Origin: Nitrosopumilus sp.
GTDB lineage: Archaea > Thermoproteota > Nitrososphaeria > Nitrososphaerales > Nitrosopumilaceae
Assembly: GCA_028343855.1 (NCBI GenBank)
Contig: JAOLZN010000001.1
Span: forward strand, 27,559-91,558
Length of the DNA stretch: 64,000 nt
Reading direction: 5' to 3'
The position numbers and the translations under genes are program-made. This document shows, piece after piece, positions 10,505 through 20,433 of the stretch. The notes below the pieces were generated by a model. That model ran no database searches and had not been told where the DNA came from. It saw nothing but the letters and a program-made list of their open reading frames with translations. Each line of letters starts with the position of its first letter. Position 1 is the stretch's first letter.

Positions 10505-11467
10505 TTGACTGAAAAAGAATCTTTCTTAGATGCACTAAAAACACGTGTTTTACTTTTTGATGGAGCAATGGGTACTGAAATTCAAAAATATGATCCAACT
10601 CCTGAAGATTTTCCAAATAATCAAGATGGATTTAATGATGGTTTGATATTGACTCATCCTGATTGGATAAAACAAATTCATAGAAATTATCTCGATGCGG
10701 GTGCTGATTGTATTGAAACAAATTCTTTTGGTTCTAATAAAATAAAATTAGATGAATATGGATTTGGAGATCAAACCATTGATTTTAATAAAAAAATTGC
10801 AATTTTAGCATGTGAAGTATGTGCTGAATATTCTGATACTACTAGATTTGTAATTGGTTCTATGGGTCCAACTGGTTATTTGCCAAGCTCAGATGATCCT
10901 GATTTGGGACAAATTCCTCTTGATGAAATCCGTGAAGCTTTTGAATTGCAAGCTGAAGGTTTGATTCTTGGTGGTGTAGATGCACTACTAATTGAAACAA
11001 GTCAGGATATTTTGGAAGTTAAATTAGTTATTGAAGCATGTCACAATGCTATGTCTAAAACTGGAAAGAAGGTAGCAATTATTTCTAATACTACTTTGGA
11101 TCAATATGGAAAAATGCTACTAGGTACCAATATTCAATCAGCATACACTACAGTGTCTGATATGGGAATTGATGTATTTGGATTGAATTGTTCAACTGGT
11201 CCAATTGAAATGAATCCTAGTGTACAATGGCTTGATGAACAAAATGAACATAATCTTTTAGTTGTACCCAATGCTGGAATGCCTGAAAATCAAGGAGGAA
11301 GCGCTGTTTACAAAATGACTCCTGATAAAATGGCTGATGCCTTGGGTGATTTCCTTAATCAGTATGATAAAGTTAGAATAATTGGTGGATGTTGTGGCAC
11401 AAACCCTGAACATATCAAATCTTTAAGAAAACTTATTGACGAAAAAGCCAGTTGTATCAAGGGTTAA
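10505..11467 (+). CDS. metH: Methionine synthase, homocysteine-binding module (split MetH, N part)
   Basis: FDGAMGT, GLNCSTGP, IGGCCGT Zn ligands; TTG start. Confidence 0.92.
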   Translation: MTEKESFLDALKTRVLLFDGAMGTEIQKYDPTPEDFPNNQDGFNDGLILTHPDWIKQIHRNYLDAGADCIETNSFGSNKIKLDEYGFGDQTIDFNKKIAILACEVCAEYSDTTRFVIGSMGPTGYLPSSDDPDLGQIPLDEIREAFELQAEGLILGGVDALLIETSQDILEVKLVIEACHNAMSKTGKKVAIISNTTLDQYGKMLLGTNIQSAYTTVSDMGIDVFGLNCSTGPIEMNPSVQWLDEQNEHNLLVVPNAGMPENQGGSAVYKMTPDKMADALGDFLNQYDKVRIIGGCCGTNPEHIKSLRKLIDEKASCIKG

Positions 11468-11498
11468 GTATTTAGAAAAACTGATGTGATTTTAGAGT

Positions 11499-13997
11499 AT
11501 GACTGTTCCAAGAGTAAGTTCTGCATTGAAGGCTGTTGACCTTAAACAAATTCCTGCACCTCTAATTATTGGAGAAAGAATTAACACTCAAGGTTCTCGA
11601 AAAGCCAAAAAACTGGTTCTTGCTGATGATTTTGATGGTTTAGTTGATTTGGCAAGAATTCAAGCCGAAGATGGTGCACATTGTTTAGATGTCTGTGTTG
11701 CTACAACTGAACGCTCCGATGAGCGTGAATTTATGTTGACTTTGGTGAAAAAATTGAGCTTAGAAATTGATGCTCCTTTAGTAATTGATTCTACAGATCC
11801 TGATGTAATTGAATCCTCTGTCAAACAAATTCCTGGTAGGCCTATAATTAATTCAATTAATTTGGAGGGTGATGGAAGTAGATTTGAAAAACTAGCTCCT
11901 GTAATGGCAAAATATGGATTACCTTCAATAGCTTTGTGTATTGGTCCTGATGGGATGGCAAAAACTCCTAAACAAAAAGTAGACACTGCTGAATTACTTT
12001 ATGAAACTGGTAAAAATTATGGATTAAAAATTGAACAATTTATTTTTGATGTACTTACTTTTACTCTAGCAACTGGGGAAGATGAATTTCTTGATGCTGG
12101 TAAAAATACTTTAGATGGAATTCGTCTTGTTAAAGAAAAATTTCCTAATTGCTTTACTACTTTGGGTTTGAGTAACATTAGTTTTGGTTTAATGCCTTAT
12201 GCTAGAAAAATTCTTAATTCTATATTTTTACACCATGCTGTAAAAGTTGGGCTTGATTCAGCAATTGTAAATGCAAAAGAAATCATCCCTTATGGTGAAA
12301 TTGATCCTAAAGAAAAGAAACTTGCTGAAGATTTAATTTTTAATGTCCATCCTGATGCATTAGCAGATTTAATTTCCTATTTTGAAAAAGCAGGACCTCA
12401 AAGTACTGATAATGCAAAAAAAGTTGATGTTGATCCTAGTTGGCCTGCTGGTAAACGTGCTAATTTTAGAATTGTAAATAGACTCAAAGATGGAATTCAA
12501 AATGATGTTGTTTCAGCAATTGCTGACAAACTGGATAAAACTGATTTAATTCAAAATAATGATGGACTTTTGAGCCTAGATCTGCCTAAAGATGTAACAC
12601 ATCCTGGTGCAATTAAGACACTCAATGAGGATTTACTTCCAGCGATGAAGGAAGTGGGTGATAAATTTGGATCTGGAGAATTAATTTTGCCTTTTGTTTT
12701 AAAATCTGCTGAATGTATGAAGGCCTCTGTTGGTGAACTCGAAAAATATCTAGTTAAAGAAGAAGGAACTAGTAAAGGAAAACTTGTTTTAGGAACTGTT
12801 TATGGTGACGTTCATGATATTGGTAAAAATCTTGTTAAAACTATTTTTCAAAATAATGGTTATTCTGTATACGATTTAGGAAAGCAAGTTCCACTTCAAA
12901 AATTCTTAGAAAAAATCGATGAAGTAAAACCTGATGCTATAGGCTTATCTGCATTATTGGTTTCCACTTCTAAACAAATGAAATTTTTTGTTGAACATGC
13001 CAGAAAAAATAACATGACTGTTCCAATTCTTTGTGGTGGTGCTGCAATTAACAGCAATTACATTAATCGAATTGCAAAAGAAGGTGGAATTTATGATCCT
13101 GGTGTGTTTTATTGTAATACTATGTTTGAAGGTTTGAAAACAATGGATATTTTGATCTCTGATGAAAAACCAAAACTTTTGGAAGAATGGAAAACAAAAT
13201 TAGAAAATTGGAAAGAAAGAACTAGTGTTGATGTTGATCCTTCTACTCTTCCCCGAAGTAGTGTTGAACCTGTAACTGCTCCTAACCCTAAAATTATTGG
13301 TGAACCAATTCGTTTAAAATTAGATCAAATCAATATGGATGAAGTTTGGACAATGATTGACAAAAAATCACTATTCAAATTATCTTGGGGACTACGAGGT
13401 AAAGCTGGTTCTGAATCTGAAGAGGCACATGAACAATTACTAACAGAATGGAAAATTAGATTAATTCGTGATAAGTTAATTGAGCCTGAAATCGTATATG
13501 GATATTTCAAATGTCATAATAATGGTCAAAAATTATTAGTTGAAAATCCCTTTGGCGATGATGTAGAATTTGATTTCCCACGTTCTACTCGCCCTGAACA
13601 TTTGTGTTTAGCTGATTATTTTGGCGATGATGATATAGTTGCATTTCAATCTGTTACTGTAGGTACGAAGGTTGCTGATGTTTTAGAAAAATGGAACGAG
13701 GAGGACAAATATTCTGATGCATATTATCTTCATGGGCTAGCTGTTGAACTTGCAGAAGCTTTGGCACAATGGGTTAATGAAAAAATTAAATCTGAATTAG
13801 ACTTGAATAAAGGTGGTTTGAGATATAGCTGGGGATTTCCAAGTTGTCCTGATGTTTCTCAACATCATTTGGTCTGGAAATTATTGCAACCTGAAAAGTC
13901 TGGAATGACTATTACTGAATCTGGTCAAATAATTCCTGAACAATCTACTGCTGCAATAGTACTTCATCACCCAAATGCACAATATTTTGTAATTTAA
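11499..13997 (+). CDS. metH: Methionine synthase, pterin-binding, cobalamin-binding and reactivation modules (split MetH, C part)
   Basis: IGERIN, GDVHDIGKNLV (B12 His), RYSWGFPSCPD. Confidence 0.93.
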   Translation: MTVPRVSSALKAVDLKQIPAPLIIGERINTQGSRKAKKLVLADDFDGLVDLARIQAEDGAHCLDVCVATTERSDEREFMLTLVKKLSLEIDAPLVIDSTDPDVIESSVKQIPGRPIINSINLEGDGSRFEKLAPVMAKYGLPSIALCIGPDGMAKTPKQKVDTAELLYETGKNYGLKIEQFIFDVLTFTLATGEDEFLDAGKNTLDGIRLVKEKFPNCFTTLGLSNISFGLMPYARKILNSIFLHHAVKVGLDSAIVNAKEIIPYGEIDPKEKKLAEDLIFNVHPDALADLISYFEKAGPQSTDNAKKVDVDPSWPAGKRANFRIVNRLKDGIQNDVVSAIADKLDKTDLIQNNDGLLSLDLPKDVTHPGAIKTLNEDLLPAMKEVGDKFGSGELILPFVLKSAECMKASVGELEKYLVKEEGTSKGKLVLGTVYGDVHDIGKNLVKTIFQNNGYSVYDLGKQVPLQKFLEKIDEVKPDAIGLSALLVSTSKQMKFFVEHARKNNMTVPILCGGAAINSNYINRIAKEGGIYDPGVFYCNTMFEGLKTMDILISDEKPKLLEEWKTKLENWKERTSVDVDPSTLPRSSVEPVTAPNPKIIGEPIRLKLDQINMDEVWTMIDKKSLFKLSWGLRGKAGSESEEAHEQLLTEWKIRLIRDKLIEPEIVYGYFKCHNNGQKLLVENPFGDDVEFDFPRSTRPEHLCLADYFGDDDIVAFQSVTVGTKVADVLEKWNEEDKYSDAYYLHGLAVELAEALAQWVNEKIKSELDLNKGGLRYSWGFPSCPDVSQHHLVWKLLQPEKSGMTITESGQIIPEQSTAAIVLHHPNAQYFVI

Positions 13998-14732
13998 TTA
14001 CCAGTGATTTTCTAAATAATCTTTTAATCCGTTAAAATCATTAGGTGATGTAATTAGTATGTCTCCTGTTATTTCATGTGTTTTCTTAACCAATTCATCA
14101 AATTCTTTATTGTATTCTTGTAAATTTAATCCCAAGAAATCTGCTGATTTTTGATTTTTATCTGATGGAAATAAAATGATTGGAATTATTGAAAATTGTT
14201 TTAGATTATCTGAAAGATTTTGAACTTGTTGAATGTTTTGAATAACTTGAGTCATGAATCCTTTGGGCCCTGCTTTGATTTTTTTCTCAATTTTTGCAAA
14301 GTTTGGTTTATTTGATATTGAAAGATATAGGTCAATTTTTGAATCATATTTTTTCTTTTTTAGATTAGAAACTACTGTGCTTGGAATCATGCCTGAATTT
14401 GGATTTTTTGATTGTGATGGGTCACCCATGATAATCAAAATACCTGCAATCCCAATAGATACACAATTCTCTACAAATTTTTCAATTTCATCTTCATTTT
14501 TGTCTCTGACTCTGAGACTTACAGTGATTGGAATGTTTGGAATTTCTTTTTTTATAATTTTACCAACTTTTACTGGAGAAACTCTTTGATGCCCTAATAC
14601 ATTTTCTGTCAAATGAATTGAATCACATTTTTTTGATATAATTTTAATTTTATTTACAAATTTTTCAATTGATTCATCTGTATTGATATCTGGTAATATT
14701 TTGGGTGGATTCGCTTCATATCTGATTGTCAT
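13998..14732 (-). CDS. Methylenetetrahydrofolate reductase-like protein (divergent MetF)
   Basis: YEANPPK, LIIMGDP, GFMTQ resemble the MTHFR barrel; adjacent to metH. Confidence 0.65.
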   Translation of the reverse strand: MTIRYEANPPKILPDINTDESIEKFVNKIKIISKKCDSIHLTENVLGHQRVSPVKVGKIIKKEIPNIPITVSLRVRDKNEDEIEKFVENCVSIGIAGILIIMGDPSQSKNPNSGMIPSTVVSNLKKKKYDSKIDLYLSISNKPNFAKIEKKIKAGPKGFMTQVIQNIQQVQNLSDNLKQFSIIPIILFPSDKNQKSADFLGLNLQEYNKEFDELVKKTHEITGDILITSPNDFNGLKDYLENHW

Positions 14733-14803
14733 ATTTTCATTTTTTTTAACTTGGTTAAAACCTTTGAATACTAAAACTTCTTTGTGATTGTAGGAAAAAC
14801 ATA

Positions 14804-15355
14804 ATGCTATCAGATGATTTAAAATCCCTTCTTTCTACCCCTCTTACTCCTGAAATTAAATCTGATTCCCGTTATAGATTAGCATCTGTACTTGTTGTAA
14901 TTTATGGCCAATCTCCAACTATTATAATGACTGAAAAACCAAAAAGTATGAAATACCATGCTGGTGAAATTTCGTTTCCAGGTGGAAAACTTGATGAGTC
15001 TGACTCTGATCTTTTAGAAACTGCATTACGTGAAACTAGTGAAGAAATTGGATTAGATGTCTCAAAAGATCAAATTGTGGGCCAATTAACTCCAGTAATG
15101 ACTCTCAACTCTGGATTCCTGATTTTTCCATTTGTTTCTATATTGAAAGAAATCCCTCCTCTTATCACAAATTCTGAAGTTGAAAAAATACTTCATATTC
15201 CTTTGAATCCTTTACTTGAAACTATTTCAAAAGATACCGATCCTAGTCATAACCTGATAGATGAAATGTATACTTTTGAGTACCAAGATCAAATTGTGTG
15301 GGGCGCTTCTGCTAGAATATTAAAACAAATTGAAAATACCCTGAGATTCATTTAA
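14804..15355 (+). CDS. Nudix hydrolase, CoA pyrophosphatase type
   Basis: HAGEISFPGG...ALRETSEEIGL Nudix box; IVWGASA. Confidence 0.9.
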   Translation: MLSDDLKSLLSTPLTPEIKSDSRYRLASVLVVIYGQSPTIIMTEKPKSMKYHAGEISFPGGKLDESDSDLLETALRETSEEIGLDVSKDQIVGQLTPVMTLNSGFLIFPFVSILKEIPPLITNSEVEKILHIPLNPLLETISKDTDPSHNLIDEMYTFEYQDQIVWGASARILKQIENTLRFI

Positions 15356-15381
15356 AAAGAGCTCATCGTGCCTGAGTTACT

Positions 15382-15540
15382 ATGGCTGCACGCAAGTCCT
15401 CTCCAAGAAAAATTCGTCTGCTAAAAAAAACAAAGCAGGCTTCAGCAGTACCAGCTTGGATTATCCTAAAAACTAACAGAAGTGTTAGAACTAATCCAAA
15501 ACGTAGAGCTTGGAGATCAACTGATGTGGAGGTCGGATAG
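15382..15540 (+). CDS. rpl39e: 50S ribosomal protein L39e (52 aa; missing from ORF track)
   Basis: MAARKSSPRKIRLLKKTKQASAVPAWIILKTNRSVRTNPKRRAWRSTDVEVG; directly upstream of rpl31e. Confidence 0.93.
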   Translation: MAARKSSPRKIRLLKKTKQASAVPAWIILKTNRSVRTNPKRRAWRSTDVEVG

Positions 15541-15963
15541 TTGTCTCAAGAATTAGAACGTGTTTATACAATTCCGTTAGGTAAAGTTTTACTATCACAA
15601 TCTCAACATAGAGCAGTACGAGCTATCAATATGATTAGAGAGTTTGCTCAACATCATATGAAAATTGAAACTATAAAAATTGATGAAGAATTAGCTCAGC
15701 AAATTTGGGCTAGAGGTGTTAGAAGTCCTCCAAGAAAAATTAAAGTTAGAATGAGTAAAACTGATGAAGGCTATGTTCTTGTTTCCCCATTTACTGATGA
15801 TGTCGAACCTACTGTAACACCTAAAAAAGAAACTAAAAAAGTTGAAGATAAAGTAGAACCTGCTAAAGAAGAAGCACCTGCTAAAGAAGAAGCACCTGCT
15901 AAAGAAGAAGCACCTGCTAAAAAAGAAGCACCTGCTAAAAAAGAAGCACCTGCTAAAAAATAG
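15541..15963 (+). CDS. rpl31e: 50S ribosomal protein L31e with repetitive C-terminal tail
   Basis: ERVYTIPL, RAVRAINMIREF, IWARG...PPRKIKV; TTG start. Confidence 0.92.
   Translation: MSQELERVYTIPLGKVLLSQSQHRAVRAINMIREFAQHHMKIETIKIDEELAQQIWARGVRSPPRKIKVRMSKTDEGYVLVSPFTDDVEPTVTPKKETKKVEDKVEPAKEEAPAKEEAPAKEEAPAKKEAPAKKEAPAKK
15859..15960 (+). repeat. 18-bp tandem repeat, ~5.7 copies, encoding PAK(E/K)EA
   Basis: cctgctaaa(g/a)aagaagca repeated, read directly. Confidence 0.95.
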
Positions 15964-16373
15964 AAATTAAAATTTTCTAAATATAATAAAATTGGTTTTT
16001 CTAAAATGAATATTGATCATCTATGGGATGATTTTTCATTTTAGATTCTGTCTTTTTGTTTGAATTGGATTCAGGTAAATCCATAATGAAACAAAATACC
16101 TTCTTTTCGATTGTATTTGTTAATTCATTTTTCATTAATCTATAATGTTTTTCTTTGATTTATCTTCTTCTGTAATTTTTTCCTAATTTAGACAAAGGAT
16201 CAAACTTAAATATTTTTTTTACTAACTCATTATAACAAGAAAATACCATCATTTGCAGATTTGAATGACGGAGATTAATGGAATCCTTTCTTTTCCATAT
16301 TTCCTTGTTGTTTTATCACTAGTTTCAAAATTAATCAAATTTTAAGTTCGGGTATTATTTAGTAAAACTAATC

Positions 16374-16601
16374 ATGCCTGAAATCCATATTTATTGTAAA
16401 ACCTGTGGCAAAAAAGCTAAGGCTGTGGTTTTAACTGTACATGATAAGGAATATGATGATTCCATCAAAGGTTACAGACGATATGGGATGGTGAGAGTCT
16501 TAGAACATAACATTGGATTTAGAAAAACTTGTTCTGATACCTCTCAAATGAAGGCTATAGTATCTTCTGATTCTAAAGACGATAATGGAGTAATGAATTA
16601 A
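16374..16601 (+). CDS. Small hypothetical protein with CxxC, possible Zn binder
   Basis: 75-aa ORF, YCKTCGK...H...C; preceded by TATA-like TTTTAAG. Confidence 0.65.
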   Translation: MPEIHIYCKTCGKKAKAVVLTVHDKEYDDSIKGYRRYGMVRVLEHNIGFRKTCSDTSQMKAIVSSDSKDDNGVMN

Positions 16602-16627
16602 AACAATTAATTATTTTTAAAATTTAT

Positions 16628-17575
16628 CTATTCTAATTGATACAAGTCTAATTTACAGTCTATGCTACAATCTGGGGTATCCCAATCTAAAGTTTGATCT
16701 TTTGGAATCATTCCTAAAGGATCATAATTATCAAATTTTGTCATTGTTTGAACTGATGATAGCATTACTACTTTAGATTCATCTGATGATGATATGTTAA
16801 TCTGTGAATTTGATTCATTTGTTATTCCATTTGAAAGGTTTTTGATTGAATTAATTACTCCGACTGGAATATTATCTCCTCCTGCAACGTATACCATTGA
16901 ACTCTTGACTGTGTTAGGTGATGTATTTTGGTAAAGCATTTTTAATGAATCTCTTAATGATTCTTCCATACTTTGTCCATCTTTACTCGTAGTTAGAATA
17001 TTTGTTTCAGAATAAATTTCTGTTGTTTCAAGTGATTTTACTATGTGACTTATTGCAGAGTTTGCAATACTGTAACAATCTTTTGCAGTTAAATCTGGAT
17101 TACTTTGTAATAATGAATCATTATCTAATACAATTATACATTGAGAGTTTTCTCTTACTCTTTTGAGTGCTACTCCTGAATTGAAAATTCTTTCTTTTTC
17201 ATATTTGAATGGCATTACTGCAAATGAAATTAATCCTTTACCAGATTCTTTACAGATTTCAGAAACAACTGGGGCAATTGCTGAACCTGCTTTTCCAGCT
17301 AAATTACTCATTAATACAATTGTAGAATATTGTGAAATTTTTGATTTAATCTCTTCAGAAACTTTGTAAGTTGAACCTCTGATTAATTGAACTGATGGAT
17401 TAATTATTGAATCTGTAGTAACTTGAATTGATTCATTCTCTGATGAGAAATCTTTTGAATCGTTACTGATCATTAAGCAATCTGAATTTAGGGTATTTTT
17501 TGCTTCATTGGCCAATTTTGAGCCTACTCCGCCTAATCCTATTACTAATACTGGTTCTTTGACTTCAAAACTCAT
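16628..17575 (-). CDS. ftsZ: Divergent thaumarchaeal FtsZ/tubulin-like protein
   Basis: VIGLGGVGS, NLAGKAGS (degenerate tubulin signature), VMPFKYE, LDND. Confidence 0.8.
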   Translation of the reverse strand: MSFEVKEPVLVIGLGGVGSKLANEAKNTLNSDCLMISNDSKDFSSENESIQVTTDSIINPSVQLIRGSTYKVSEEIKSKISQYSTIVLMSNLAGKAGSAIAPVVSEICKESGKGLISFAVMPFKYEKERIFNSGVALKRVRENSQCIIVLDNDSLLQSNPDLTAKDCYSIANSAISHIVKSLETTEIYSETNILTTSKDGQSMEESLRDSLKMLYQNTSPNTVKSSMVYVAGGDNIPVGVINSIKNLSNGITNESNSQINISSSDESKVVMLSSVQTMTKFDNYDPLGMIPKDQTLDWDTPDCSIDCKLDLYQLE

Positions 17576-17647
17576 TCTAATCTTATTCTCTGATTTACGT
17601 AAAAAACCTTCTTACGTTTTTTTTATCAAATTTTAGATCGAAAAAAT

Positions 17648-18916
17648 TTAGCTTGCGATCTTGCCAATTAGCCTTTTTCTGGTGGCATCTATGATTTCAA
17701 CAATATGTGAATCGCCTATTTTGACATCTTCTTGTACTGCAATAGGTTTGTAAGCATAATTTCTTCCTTTGATGCCCTCTTCTGTATTTTCATCAAACAG
17801 AACTTTTCCTTTCCATCCGATCCATTTTTTGTTACTTTCTAGGGATATTTTGTTGATCTGTTCAAAAATTACTTTACTTCTTCGTTTAATTTCAGCTGCA
17901 TCAATTTGTTTTAACTCTGCAGCATCCGTCCCTGGTCTTGCACTGTATTTTGATAAATTGACTACGTCTGGTTTTGTTTCTTCTAATAATGTAACTGTTT
18001 TTTGAAAATCTTCTTCTGTTTCAGATGGAAATCCTACAATGATGTCTGTTGAAATTGTAAAGTTTTCAAATTTCTTCTTTGTCTTTTTTACAATTTCTCT
18101 AAATGTTTGAGATGTGTGTCCTCTTTTCATATCGTTTAGGACTTTATCACTTCCACTTTGAACTGGAATATGTAAAAATTTGAATACTTTATCATTGTCA
18201 TATGATTCAATTAATTTTTCTTTTATTCTTGGCATATACATTGGATTCATCATTCCAACTCTGATCATAAAATCTTCTTTAATTTCTGAAACTGAATTAA
18301 CTAATGTTGGTAAATCTGTTCCAATATCTAAACCGTAACATCCGTTATCTGTTGATGTTAGCCATACTTCCTTACATCCTTCTTTGATTTCTGTTTCTAC
18401 TTGTCTTACAATATCTCCTAATCTATAACTTGAAAGATCCCCTTTGGATAATTTAGTCTGACAAAATGTACATTCGCTCATACAACCACTTGCAATTTCT
18501 ACAATACCGACAGTTGGATTTAGCCTTACTTTGGGTAATCCCACTTTTGATAAATCTGAATCTTCTAATGCAATTTGTTTTGTACCTGATAATGTTGAAT
18601 TAATTACATCTAGTGTTTTACCTAATGAATTTGGTCCAAGTAAGCTGGCATTTTCTGTAAATTTCTCTACATTCTCCTTTTCAGCTTTTGGTAGACACCC
18701 TGCAACGATTAGTGGTTTTGTTTTTAATGATTTGATTCTATGCATCATTTTATTTGCAGTTGTATCTTTTACAGAACAAGTAACTATTAGATTAAGATCT
18801 GAATCTGTTGAATCTGTTACCAATGTATGTCCTCCATTGACAATTAATCCTGAAATCATTTCTGAATCTGCAAAGCTAGCAGAACATCCATAGGCTTCTA
18901 CAAAAATTTTTGCCAT
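17648..18916 (-). CDS. tRNA methylthiotransferase, MiaB-like (t6A37 MtaB type), radical SAM + TRAM
   Basis: UPF0004 N-domain (YGCSAS..DSE, VTCSVK), CMSECTFC, TDIIVGFPSE. Confidence 0.9.
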   Translation of the reverse strand: MAKIFVEAYGCSASFADSEMISGLIVNGGHTLVTDSTDSDLNLIVTCSVKDTTANKMMHRIKSLKTKPLIVAGCLPKAEKENVEKFTENASLLGPNSLGKTLDVINSTLSGTKQIALEDSDLSKVGLPKVRLNPTVGIVEIASGCMSECTFCQTKLSKGDLSSYRLGDIVRQVETEIKEGCKEVWLTSTDNGCYGLDIGTDLPTLVNSVSEIKEDFMIRVGMMNPMYMPRIKEKLIESYDNDKVFKFLHIPVQSGSDKVLNDMKRGHTSQTFREIVKKTKKKFENFTISTDIIVGFPSETEEDFQKTVTLLEETKPDVVNLSKYSARPGTDAAELKQIDAAEIKRRSKVIFEQINKISLESNKKWIGWKGKVLFDENTEEGIKGRNYAYKPIAVQEDVKIGDSHIVEIIDATRKRLIGKIAS

Positions 18917-18919
18917 AAT

Positions 18920-20281
18920 CTATCTAAATAGGGAATCTATTTCTTTGTTGGTCATTAGTTTTTTTGAAACTACTAATTCCCTAATTGTTTTTCCAGTTTT
19001 TAATGATTCTTTGAATAATTCTGCTGATTTCAAATATCCTATCTTTGGAGTAAGGAGAGTTACTATCACTGGACTATTCTCAATATTTTCTTGAAGTTTT
19101 TCTTTATTTGCTGTTAGTCCATCAATTAGATTTGCAGAAAATATTGGCAAAAAGTTCTTGAGCATATCTGTTGATTCTAATACTGACTTTAACATTCCTG
19201 GTAACATCACATTCAATTCAAATTGTCCACCTTGAGCCGCATATGATACTGCTGTATCGTTTCCTATGATGTTAAAACAAATCATATTCATACATTCAGC
19301 TAATGATGGGTTCACTTTACCTGGCATAATTGACGAACCTGCATGAACTGCTGGAATTCCTAACTCTGCTAATCCTGCAATTGGACCTGATGCCATTAGT
19401 CTGATATCGTTTGCAATTTTTCCAATTTCTAATGCTAAGTTTCTTAATGCTCCAGATACATTTGCAACTGGATATTTGCTTTGTAAACTAAATTGCATAT
19501 CTGGTTCAGGTTTTAGTTTTAGTTTAGAAATTTTTCCAAGTTCTACAATTGCAATTTTTCTATACCCCTTTGGTGTATTTGCTCCATTACCCACTGCGGT
19601 ACCCCCAAGTGCAACATTTTGTAATTCCTTTTCTGCTGCAACTATGTTGATTTTAGCTTTTGTTAGTGAAGTAGCATAAGCTGCAAATTCACTACCTAGT
19701 GTAATTGGTAATGCATCCATAAGATGTGTTCTTCCAATTTTTTTAAATGATGAAAACTCTTTTGCTTTTTTAGAAAGTGATTTAATCAAAATTTCTATTG
19801 CTGGAATTGTTTCTTTAAGATTCATTAAAATTGCTACATGCATAGCAGTTGGATATGTGTCGTTACTTGATTGTGACATGTTGACATGATCATTTGGATG
19901 TAGGAATTCATACTGTCCCTTTTTTTTATTTAGAATTTCTAATGCAACATTTGATATGACTTCATTGGAATTCATGTTAAATGCAGTTCCTGCACCTGAA
20001 TTGATCATGTCTACAACAAATTGATCAGTGTATTTTCCTGACAATATTTTGTCACATGCTGAGACTATTGCTTTTCCACGTTTTACATCAATTGCTTTTG
20101 TTTTCATATTTGCAACAGCTGCAGATCTTTTTATCATGACAAATGCATCTATCAAATTTTTATGTGCTTTATTTCCTGTAACGTGATATTGATTAATTGC
20201 TCTTCCTGTAAATGCTCCATAATATGCATCTGCAGGAATTTTGACTTTTCCTAATGAATCTTGATCTAATCGAAATTTCAT
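18920..20281 (-). CDS. Class II fumarate hydratase / aspartate ammonia-lyase family
   Basis: GSSIMPGKVNP signature, SQSSNDTYPTAMH, GRTHLMDA. Confidence 0.9.
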   Translation of the reverse strand: MKFRLDQDSLGKVKIPADAYYGAFTGRAINQYHVTGNKAHKNLIDAFVMIKRSAAVANMKTKAIDVKRGKAIVSACDKILSGKYTDQFVVDMINSGAGTAFNMNSNEVISNVALEILNKKKGQYEFLHPNDHVNMSQSSNDTYPTAMHVAILMNLKETIPAIEILIKSLSKKAKEFSSFKKIGRTHLMDALPITLGSEFAAYATSLTKAKINIVAAEKELQNVALGGTAVGNGANTPKGYRKIAIVELGKISKLKLKPEPDMQFSLQSKYPVANVSGALRNLALEIGKIANDIRLMASGPIAGLAELGIPAVHAGSSIMPGKVNPSLAECMNMICFNIIGNDTAVSYAAQGGQFELNVMLPGMLKSVLESTDMLKNFLPIFSANLIDGLTANKEKLQENIENSPVIVTLLTPKIGYLKSAELFKESLKTGKTIRELVVSKKLMTNKEIDSLFR

Positions 20282-20433
20282 GATGACTTTACTCTTTTAC
20301 TTCTATTATTCATTCCTTTTTTAGCTATTCTATACATGTAGAATCAAAAACTTTGTTTTGGTTATTAGGATTGATCGTTAGCACCATGAAAATGGAAGTT
20401 TGGTATTTATAACTCTAATTTGGGATTTGTACC

